Sequence record: MT234343.1
Length of the DNA: 24,000 nucleotides
Reading direction: 5' to 3' (one strand)
DNA from: Agrobacterium phage OLIVR6
Below are positions 1 to 6,704 of this stretch, piece after piece. The position numbers and the translations under genes were made by a program. Numbering within the stretch: the first letter of the stretch is position 1; each line of letters starts with the position of its first letter. The notes below the pieces were generated by a model. It did not search any database, was not told where the DNA came from, and saw only the letters and a list, made by a program, of their open reading frames with translations.

Positions 1-75
1 AGCACCGACGAGGAGAATTGCAGGAATGGAGAGAAACATTGCGATTTCTTTCTTGAGAGAGTTGGTCGTTTTCAT
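1..75 (-). CDS. N-terminal part of a hypothetical protein running off the left edge (MKTTNSLKKEIAMFLSIPAILLVGA...), hydrophobic segment
   Basis: Open reading frame from ATG at 75 to the window edge, with GGAG upstream (minus strand CACGGAGAAATTCGAAATG). The hydrophobic stretch suggests a membrane or signal segment. Confidence 0.5.
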   Translation of the reverse strand, partial: MKTTNSLKKEIAMFLSIPAILLVGA

Positions 76-83
76 TTCGAATT

Positions 84-130
84 TCTCCGTGATGGTTTAT
101 GTTGAGATTAGACTTAAACCATCACGGAGA
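84..130 (-). promoter_or_regulatory. 16-bp perfect inverted repeat in the 5' leader of the 1..75 gene
   Basis: TCTCCGTGATGGTTTA (84-99), 15-nt loop, TAAACCATCACGGAGA (115-130). On the minus strand the distal arm contains the GGAGA Shine-Dalgarno. Confidence 0.6.
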
Positions 131-134
131 GCTT

Positions 135-140
135 GTAAAC
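135..140 (-). promoter_or_regulatory. Putative promoter -35-like element GTTTAC
   Basis: Minus strand TGTTTACAAG lies upstream of a gene start. The same word recurs at several other intergenic positions. Confidence 0.4.
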
Positions 141-149
141 AGCTAAATT

Positions 150-551
150 CTATTCTTTGTTTTGACCTTCAACTTTTCGTTTGATGCGGTCTGCCGTTCG
201 AGAATGAAGATGGAAAAGAGCCTTATAGACGTGCGAGAGCGCCAGACCATTTTCTTCACAGGCAAATGGACCACTCTGGAAAGATGCCAATCGGTCAGCT
301 ACGATGGCCAGGAGAGTTTCCTGAGTAATGCCATTGACTTCAGCTTCTAGGACAGGACCGTTCTGGAAAAGGATGACCTGCTTCGAGAACGAATGACGAT
401 ATCCGTCAGGACCTTCTACAGAAGGGTTCTCTGCTGTGTCAAAGCCGGTAATCTCGTACCGATGATTTGCACCACCTGCACCAGGCTTGTCAGTCACTTC
501 GATTTTGATAGGTTCATCGACAATAACGGAATGGTTATAAATTTCTCTCAT
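150..551 (-). CDS. Acb2/Tad1 hairpin-domain-like small protein (candidate cyclic-nucleotide sponge, anti-CBASS/anti-Thoeris family)
   Basis: ORF with strong RBS (AGGAGAAAGAAATG). Sequence pattern GANHRYEITGFD...FQNGPVLEAEVNGITQETLLAIVADRLASFQSGPFACEENGLALSHVYKALFHLHSRTADRIKRKVEGQ resembles the phage family carrying the C-terminal Acb2/Tad1 hairpin domain. Confidence 0.6.
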   Translation of the reverse strand: MREIYNHSVIVDEPIKIEVTDKPGAGGANHRYEITGFDTAENPSVEGPDGYRHSFSKQVILFQNGPVLEAEVNGITQETLLAIVADRLASFQSGPFACEENGLALSHVYKALFHLHSRTADRIKRKVEGQNKE

Positions 552-560
552 TTCTTTCTC

Positions 561-920
561 CTAATAGATTTCGTCGCAAAGATTAGATAGGAATTTGACC
601 TCGTTTTTATGAGTTGCGAATTTAGATTTAGCTACAGCGTAATTGATTGCAGCGTCGAGGTCTGTGTAGAAATCCACTACTCCGTCATAACGAATCTTTA
701 TCTTGTATTCTCCGTCTGATCCTGACGACTTAGTGAAAGTCAGAGACTCGTCGAACGGATCGTGAATTATCGTGAAATAAGTCCATCCTTCGAGACGAAC
801 TTTGAATTCACGAGTCATCTCCTTGGAAGCCTTCACCTCTTCCATTTTCTGTTCGGCGACGAACTTCAAGATGTAATCCTTGAGGCGTCCGGAATTGTAT
901 AGGCTGTATTCTCTGTCCAT
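561..920 (-). CDS. Hypothetical protein (MDREYSLYNSGRLKDYILKF...)
   Basis: ORF-track entry trimmed to internal ATG at 920, just after the gp46 stop. Confidence 0.55.
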   Translation of the reverse strand: MDREYSLYNSGRLKDYILKFVAEQKMEEVKASKEMTREFKVRLEGWTYFTIIHDPFDESLTFTKSSGSDGEYKIKIRYDGVVDFYTDLDAAINYAVAKSKFATHKNEVKFLSNLCDEIY

Positions 921-922
921 GT

Positions 923-2572
923 TCACTCCTTGATTTCGACAACGGCGAAGTTTGACACTGTCTTGATTTTGATCTTCCGATCGAATTCGCCAACGAGTTC
1001 TCGAGGACCAATACAGATCGTGTTTGTATCTTCCAGTTCGAGAAGGCACTTCGAAACGGCTTCAACGCCTTCATCATCTAGACGAGAACCGAACTCATCA
1101 ATGATCAGAAGGTTGGTGTCGACGCTGGAGAGCTTCTTCGAGATGTCTCGCCATGTCATCATAATGGCAAAATTAATGCGTGCCTGCTGGCCTGCAGAGA
1201 ACGACTCGTACGTGAAGCTCTGACGGAAACGCGACCGAACACTTTCCTTGAAGGACGGATCGAGTTCGAGGAGGATAGGAAGACCGAGCTTCTCGAGGTA
1301 CTCATTGACTCGGAGATTGAAGAATGGGATGTATTCGGAAATCAGAGGAGCCTTGGCGACACCGGATTTCAAGACGCGATCAATGTCGAGAAGGTCAGCG
1401 TAGACTTCATCAATATCTTCCTTCTCACCCAGGAGCTTCACATATTCTTCATTGACTTCTTCGATCTGAGCGTCAATGGTGTCAGAAGGTTTCTTCCGAT
1501 CCATCTCCTGGAGTTCGAGCTTCAGACCTTCGAGTTTCTCAGAAGCATTCTTGAAATTGTTGATGATAGCCTGTGCTTCGTCTCGAGCAGAAATGAGAGT
1601 TTCCTTTTCTGCTTCCATATTGATCTCGGAACGCTTGGCTTCGAGCTCTCGGATTGCTGTCTCTCTTTCTGCTTCGTGATGGCCATGATCATTTCCTTCT
1701 GGTAAGGTCTGGCCACATGAAGAGCAGACTCCTTCGGTCTTTGACTTTGAAGCCAGAGAATATAGGAGTGAAATTCTTTCGTCGATCGAAGCCGCATCTC
1801 TCGATTTTGCGTCATATCCTGCACGCTTTCCTTCGTAATCAGTTTTGGCTTTCTCTGCCTTCTCCTTGAGACCTTCGACGACCTTCTCGCCTTTTTCGAG
1901 ACGAGCTTTCATTGTCTCTACTTCAGCTTGGTCGTAGCCTTCGGTTTGGTCTTTCCGGATGCCGATGAGACGATCGAGCATGTCCTTCTTCGATCGGAGT
2001 TCGATTTCCTTCTCTGCTACCTTCGGCTTAATCGACTTGATCTCTTCCTTCGTTTCACGATGGATTTCATTGAAGACGCCAATGTTCAGCATCTTCTCTA
2101 CGAAGTCTTTTCGAGTAGGTCCGTCCATCTGCATGAAGGGAACAGCAGACTCGGAAATCAGAACCTGGTTTTCGATCGTCCTCTTGTCGACATTCAAGAA
2201 CTTCTCAAGAGCCTTCTGACGATCTAGACGCTTCAGATCATCCCACATGGAGACGCCATTCACGAAGACATTGAACACGTCAGGATTGATCGATCGGACG
2301 ATCTCCACTTTGTCCTGGTTCGACATGAATACAGTCTTCGTATTGCAGTCTTTCATGTTGATCGAGTTGACGATCTGATCCTTCTTGAGGTCGCGGTAAG
2401 TTTCACCGAAGAGACCGAAGAAGATTGCGTCGATGGTCAGGGCAGTTTTGCCCGAACCATTTTCTGCAGTGACCGAAGTGAGTTTGTGCTGGTCCAGAAC
2501 GAGTTCCGTCCTCTGGTTTCCGAACGGAAGAAAGTTTTTGATCTCGCTCGAGATATACGTCAGCTTCGCCAT
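923..2572 (-). CDS. 46: Recombination endonuclease subunit, gp46 / SbcC-like SMC ATPase
   Basis: Walker A GSGKTA (TAENGSGKTALTIDAIFFGLFGE), zinc-hook CSSCGQ in the coiled-coil middle, C-terminal signature FSAGQQARINFAI and Walker B LLIIDEFGSRLDDEG. Confidence 0.96.
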   Translation of the reverse strand: MAKLTYISSEIKNFLPFGNQRTELVLDQHKLTSVTAENGSGKTALTIDAIFFGLFGETYRDLKKDQIVNSINMKDCNTKTVFMSNQDKVEIVRSINPDVFNVFVNGVSMWDDLKRLDRQKALEKFLNVDKRTIENQVLISESAVPFMQMDGPTRKDFVEKMLNIGVFNEIHRETKEEIKSIKPKVAEKEIELRSKKDMLDRLIGIRKDQTEGYDQAEVETMKARLEKGEKVVEGLKEKAEKAKTDYEGKRAGYDAKSRDAASIDERISLLYSLASKSKTEGVCSSCGQTLPEGNDHGHHEAERETAIRELEAKRSEINMEAEKETLISARDEAQAIINNFKNASEKLEGLKLELQEMDRKKPSDTIDAQIEEVNEEYVKLLGEKEDIDEVYADLLDIDRVLKSGVAKAPLISEYIPFFNLRVNEYLEKLGLPILLELDPSFKESVRSRFRQSFTYESFSAGQQARINFAIMMTWRDISKKLSSVDTNLLIIDEFGSRLDDEGVEAVSKCLLELEDTNTICIGPRELVGEFDRKIKIKTVSNFAVVEIKE

Positions 2573-2575
2573 GTC

Positions 2576-3511
2576 TTATCGAATCCTTCCAACAATTTTC
2601 TCCAGGACAGTCTTAGCTCCTGGTCGCTTGAGTTCATCACATATCAAAGTCACGACGTCATGTGAACTGCTTTTTAGTGGTTCCTGAGAAAATTCGATGA
2701 CTTCCGTGAGCTGAAGATCGTTGAGACCAACGGTTTCCAGGATAGCGACGAGTTTCTGATAGAGAGTCTTGTCCGTCAACTCATCGACCTTGATCTCGAG
2801 GTTTGCACCAGCGAGTTTCGATTTGTTGTTCATGACCCACTTGACTGGGTTCAGACCTTCGATCTTTCCTTCGATGAGTTCGACACGACGGAAAGTCTGG
2901 TTAGGATTGTTGACGAATTCGGTCTTTCCTTCGTCGTAGAGAAGGAAGCCTGTGTTGTCATTCACCTGACCCCAATCGAGCTGAGACAGGGTTCCGACGA
3001 ACTTGTCAGACCGATGATGAATATGGCCTGAGAATACATTAGCTCCATGCGATTCAGGAGGGTTGTCAGAATGGCAGATAATCACGTCAACGTCTTCGAC
3101 TTCACCTTCAAGATCGTGCTCTTTCCCGTAAGGAACGAATAAAACCTTCTCGTCCTCGATTTGCCATTCGGTGATGTCACCAAAAGTAATGACGTTCTCG
3201 CTCGTGTCAGCAATATCAAACAGGGAAAGGCGCATGTCCTTTGTCGAAGGAACATCATGATTACCATGAGCTACGAAAAGACGGATATGGTTCTTCTCCA
3301 GTGAACCAAGGACATGCTTCCAGAGACGAGTCGTCTCGAAGTTGATGTAACGCTTGGTGTCGAAGAGGTCGCCACAATGGAGAATGTTCTTGATCTCATT
3401 CTCCTTCATGTACTTAATCATCCAGTCAAAGGCCTTAATAAAGTCCTTTCCAAGATCAACCTTTCCTGCGCCTTTCCCTAGGTGCCAGTCACCCGTCACA
3501 ACAGCCTTCAT
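2576..3511 (-). CDS. 47: Recombination endonuclease subunit, gp47 / SbcD-like (Mre11 family) nuclease
   Basis: Calcineurin-like phosphoesterase motifs GDWHLG, HCGDLFDT, AHGNHD, ICHSDNPP and FSGHIHH; adjacent to gp46. Confidence 0.95.
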   Translation of the reverse strand: MKAVVTGDWHLGKGAGKVDLGKDFIKAFDWMIKYMKENEIKNILHCGDLFDTKRYINFETTRLWKHVLGSLEKNHIRLFVAHGNHDVPSTKDMRLSLFDIADTSENVITFGDITEWQIEDEKVLFVPYGKEHDLEGEVEDVDVIICHSDNPPESHGANVFSGHIHHRSDKFVGTLSQLDWGQVNDNTGFLLYDEGKTEFVNNPNQTFRRVELIEGKIEGLNPVKWVMNNKSKLAGANLEIKVDELTDKTLYQKLVAILETVGLNDLQLTEVIEFSQEPLKSSSHDVVTLICDELKRPGAKTVLEKIVGRIR

Positions 3512-4266
3512 CGTTCGATTTCCCTTTCCGCAGTTTCTACGACTTCGTCTTTCACATCGCGATAGGACCTGGCTTCCTTCGAATTCATTTCGGCGAAGTG
3601 TGCCTGCTCCTTGTTATAGTCATCGACGATCTTCCGAAGTTCCTTCAGAGCAGTGTTGTGGTTCTGGTCATGGACAACGTTTCCGATTGTGACCTGACCG
3701 TTCGCGAGACCTTCGAGGAAAGAGTTCTTCTCGGAGAGGGTTCGCTTCTCAGCGGTGAAGTAATTGAGGAAACCCCAGTAGCAAAGCTGCGTGATCAGAG
3801 AGAAGCAGTTCTTCGTTTTCGATTTCGCCGGGTCATAAATCCTGGCAAGATTTTCGAAAGCCAGTAGAACACCACAGCGAGTCATTTCTTCTACGTCCGT
3901 TGCTGCAGAGAATTTCCGTGCATAACCGGAAGCGATCCGTTCGATGGCTTCGCCGACAGCATCCGGAAGTGGAGGAATCTTCTCTTCAGGAATATCGACC
4001 GGAGGAAGTTCTGCTTCAGGCACACCCTGCTTCACGAGCTCTTCGCGATGTTCGTTGTATGCCTGGATGATAGACTTGCGCTTCTCATGGTGAGCATTGA
4101 GGATTTCAGTGACTCGTCGACCGTCGACGTAATTTCCAGACTTTACTCTGGGAGACCTCTTCTTGGGAGTGATCAAAACATGTCCTTTCGTAGGAGTACG
4201 GATGAGGCTGGATGCGATGAAGGATTTCCGTGATAGATTATCACTGTTTTGTTTCATCGCATCCAT
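3508..4266 (-). CDS. 55: Late transcription sigma factor, gp55-like
   Basis: Resembles T4 gp55: NYVDGRRVTEIL, AIERIASGYARKFSAATDVEEMTRCGVLLAFENLARIYDPAKSKTKNCFSLITQLCYWGFLNYFTAEKRT. Located next to gp47 as in T4-like phages. The true start may be TTG at 4176. Confidence 0.83.
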   Translation of the reverse strand: MDAMKQNSDNLSRKSFIASSLIRTPTKGHVLITPKKRSPRVKSGNYVDGRRVTEILNAHHEKRKSIIQAYNEHREELVKQGVPEAELPPVDIPEEKIPPLPDAVGEAIERIASGYARKFSAATDVEEMTRCGVLLAFENLARIYDPAKSKTKNCFSLITQLCYWGFLNYFTAEKRTLSEKNSFLEGLANGQVTIGNVVHDQNHNTALKELRKIVDDYNKEQAHFAEMNSKEARSYRDVKDEVVETAEREIER

Positions 4267-4271
4267 GCGGG

Positions 4272-5609
4272 TTAAAACTTGATGGCGTCCAGGTCTTTGA
4301 TCCAGACGTTCTTGAGCTCAGTTTCAGACTCGGAAATCTGAATGTAGCTATTCAGCTCTTCGATCTTGGATTCGTGTTCATTTCGAGTCTTGCCGATTTC
4401 TTCAACGGTCCATCGGTAGGACGGAAGACCTGCAAGACGAGAGCAATCCTCGGTGGAAACTTTCACTTTCGAATTGATGTAATCTATCACATCGTTTCGA
4501 GATTTGAAACCAGAAAGTTTCTTCGAGAACCCAGAGTCGGACAGGACGATAATGGCTTCCAGGAAGCTGATTTCCTTTTCGACCTTCTCGATCATCTTCT
4601 CGTATCGCTTCTTGAGAAGAGGGAAACGCCATTCGACCCAAGCTTCGATGAGCTCTTCGGTGTTGTTGAAGACCCGGATTTTCGTGCCGCAGAAGTCAAC
4701 GACGACCAGTCGCTGAGTGATCCGTTCGGAAATCTTGAAAAGCTTCACGAGGTCTTCTTCGGTCATGCCGGCAAGATCATTACGACTCATCTTCACGACG
4801 ATGCGAATGTCGCCGGCAGTATGATTCTCGTACGACGTGATCTTCTTGGCTTCTTCAAGCTTGTCGAGATGCTCCTGGACCTTTTCGACGGAGACGTTAG
4901 GAGGAAGAGAAGTGATTTCCACTGTCGATGTGTTCTTGATCTCCACAGTACCTGAAAGGATATAGGAGTCTGCATCGGTTCGGCCGTTGTCGATCTCTTC
5001 GATCTTAATCTTCTCGAAAGGAAGATACTTCGGCATCAACTTCTTCGTTTTCTTCCCGGTGAGAACTGCTTTCGTAGCCTTGATGAGTTCCTTCGGATCA
5101 TGAGGAAGGATTTCTGTAGACCATCCAACCGCGACACCAGAAACACCATTCAGAAGAACGGTTGGAAAGAGCGGAAGGAATTCCTTGCACATCTCTGCGT
5201 CACCGTCGACAGATGGAACCATTTCCCAGAGTTCCTTGTCTGCCAGGATCACGTTGTCCATGAACTTGGAACGCTCGGCATAGATATATCGACCTGCACC
5301 AAATGCGTTCTTGTCGAGGAGAGAACCGAAGTTTCCATCGCCGTCGAGAATCGGAACGTTATTGACGAATGGACCTGCTAGACCAGAGATGAGACCATCA
5401 GCAGAACCATGAAGGAAGAGGTTCGACTCGACCATGGCGCCGGAGATTGCTGCGACCTTCGTCTTCGAACGATTTCTCATAATCCAAAGAGCGATACGTT
5501 GACCGTCCTTGAGACCGTCCGTGACCTTCGGAATTGCTCGTTCAGTGGCAACCATGAGAGAATAAGTTTTAGCGGCTTTCGCTAGGAATTCTGCGGTATT
5601 CATTTTCAT
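4272..5609 (-). CDS. 52: DNA topoisomerase II medium subunit, gp52-like
   Basis: Type IIA topoisomerase A/ParC-type: YSLMVATERAIPKVTDGLKDGQRIALWIM, the FGSLLDKNAFGAGRYIYAERS active-site tyrosine region, and GVAVGWST. Confidence 0.95.
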   Translation of the reverse strand: MKMNTAEFLAKAAKTYSLMVATERAIPKVTDGLKDGQRIALWIMRNRSKTKVAAISGAMVESNLFLHGSADGLISGLAGPFVNNVPILDGDGNFGSLLDKNAFGAGRYIYAERSKFMDNVILADKELWEMVPSVDGDAEMCKEFLPLFPTVLLNGVSGVAVGWSTEILPHDPKELIKATKAVLTGKKTKKLMPKYLPFEKIKIEEIDNGRTDADSYILSGTVEIKNTSTVEITSLPPNVSVEKVQEHLDKLEEAKKITSYENHTAGDIRIVVKMSRNDLAGMTEEDLVKLFKISERITQRLVVVDFCGTKIRVFNNTEELIEAWVEWRFPLLKKRYEKMIEKVEKEISFLEAIIVLSDSGFSKKLSGFKSRNDVIDYINSKVKVSTEDCSRLAGLPSYRWTVEEIGKTRNEHESKIEELNSYIQISESETELKNVWIKDLDAIKF

Positions 5610-5620
5610 CCTTAAACTAG

Positions 5621-5655
5621 TTTGGTCCTGTGACAGTTCATATCACAGGACCAAA
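5621..5655 (-). promoter_or_regulatory. 13-bp perfect inverted repeat in the leader of topo II medium subunit
   Basis: TTTGGTCCTGTGA (5621-5633) / TCACAGGACCAAA (5643-5655) with a 9-nt loop, between the 5668 stop and the 5609 start. Confidence 0.6.
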
Positions 5656-5667
5656 TGATTGTAAACA

Positions 5668-6048
5668 TCAAAATTGGATCGGGTTCGCAATATCCGAAGG
5701 AACCCACTTGATGGCGATCCATCCGCGAGTAGGGGCATGGACGAAACCGTCTCGGTCCGTCACTCGATGTCCACCGCTGTCCGAGATGTAAAGCGTCACC
5801 GGCTGGACGATCGTGTATTCTTTCCCATCAGGATAGACGTATGTCCGTTTGATCTCCGAGGAAATAGACCTGTATTGAAATCCTACTGGAGGATTAGTTC
5901 GTTCGTGTTTTTCGAGAGCTTCTTCCAAGATGTCTCCTATGACGTCGAGTCTGATCCGAAGTGCGGTTTCGCCATTGCATTGGCATACAGGATTGCAGCC
6001 GCACGAGTATGATTTGATTTGTTCGATGGCTTGAGCGAGGACGTTCAT
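5668..6048 (-). CDS. Hypothetical protein with Cys-rich CGCNPVCQC motif
   Basis: ORF trimmed to MNVLAQAIEQI at 6048, which overlaps the upstream stop by one base (TGATG). Confidence 0.55.
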   Translation of the reverse strand: MNVLAQAIEQIKSYSCGCNPVCQCNGETALRIRLDVIGDILEEALEKHERTNPPVGFQYRSISSEIKRTYVYPDGKEYTIVQPVTLYISDSGGHRVTDRDGFVHAPTRGWIAIKWVPSDIANPIQF

Positions 6049-6329
6049 CAGCAATACCAATCGAACCAGAGATTGAGGACATCATTCACGTTTTCAGGAA
6101 TGAACATGTCCTCATTGTCGCACGCGAGATTGATGATTTGCTCGTCTGTAAGATTTCCGATAAACTTGTCGACTTCATCGAGGTCAAATCGATCATACGT
6201 CTCCCCGATGAAAACGTGGAAGTCATATTCCACCTTCTCCTGAGGACGATCTCGGTTTAGACCTCCATTGTCGACAGTGATCTCGAAGCAAGCCTTCCAG
6301 ATGTTAGGATATTCGTCATGACCTTTCAA
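6048..6329 (-). CDS. Hypothetical protein (KGHDEYPNIWKACFEITVDNGG...), probable TTG start overlapping upstream TGA
   Basis: ORF track lists 6048..6407. The segment upstream of 6329 lies inside the preceding gene. TTG at 6329 overlaps TGA at 6328-6326, with a purine-rich GGAAGG upstream. Confidence 0.5.
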   Translation of the reverse strand: MKGHDEYPNIWKACFEITVDNGGLNRDRPQEKVEYDFHVFIGETYDRFDLDEVDKFIGNLTDEQIINLACDNEDMFIPENVNDVLNLWFDWYC

Positions 6330-6643
6330 AGCGAAAGTCCTTCCGAACCGAAGTAGTCGTCCTGTTCGAATTCCTGGACGATTCGGAGGATGTTGATCAT
6401 GTACCAATCGTCGCTTACAGAAGCTCCGTCTTCGGCTTCCTTGAAGAGCTCATCGATAGTTTCAGAGACTGTCGATTTGCTCAGACCAAACGAATGAGCA
6501 AGTTGCCAGAGACCTATAATTGCCTCATCATTTCTCGAGACGTCTTCGTAAAGAACCTTCTTGAGGTTGTCGAGAGCTAGGACCTTACGAGCGTAAGAGA
6601 GACCGTCGATCTCTGTGAGAATTTGATTTGCTGTCAATGCCAT
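6326..6643 (-). CDS. Hypothetical protein (MALTANQILTEIDGLSYARKVLALDNL...)
   Basis: ORF trimmed to ATG at 6643, preceded by ACGGAGAAACAAA. Confidence 0.55.
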   Translation of the reverse strand: MALTANQILTEIDGLSYARKVLALDNLKKVLYEDVSRNDEAIIGLWQLAHSFGLSKSTVSETIDELFKEAEDGASVSDDWYMINILRIVQEFEQDDYFGSEGLSL

Positions 6644-6696
6644 TTTGTTTCTCCGTTTTAAATGATGCTTAAATCGTATACTAGGAGTCGGACCTT

Positions 6697-6702
6697 GTAA
6701 AC
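6697..6702 (-). promoter_or_regulatory. Putative promoter: GTTTAC - 16 nt - TATACG
   Basis: Minus strand CTGTTTACAAGGTCCGACTCCTAGTATACGATTTAAGC upstream of the 6643 start. Confidence 0.45.
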
Positions 6703-6704
6703 AG

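Noticed and set aside
4230-4955. Plus-strand ORF of 241 aa antisense to gp52
   Set aside because: Shadow frame of the clearly conserved topoisomerase medium subunit; no recognisable motif.
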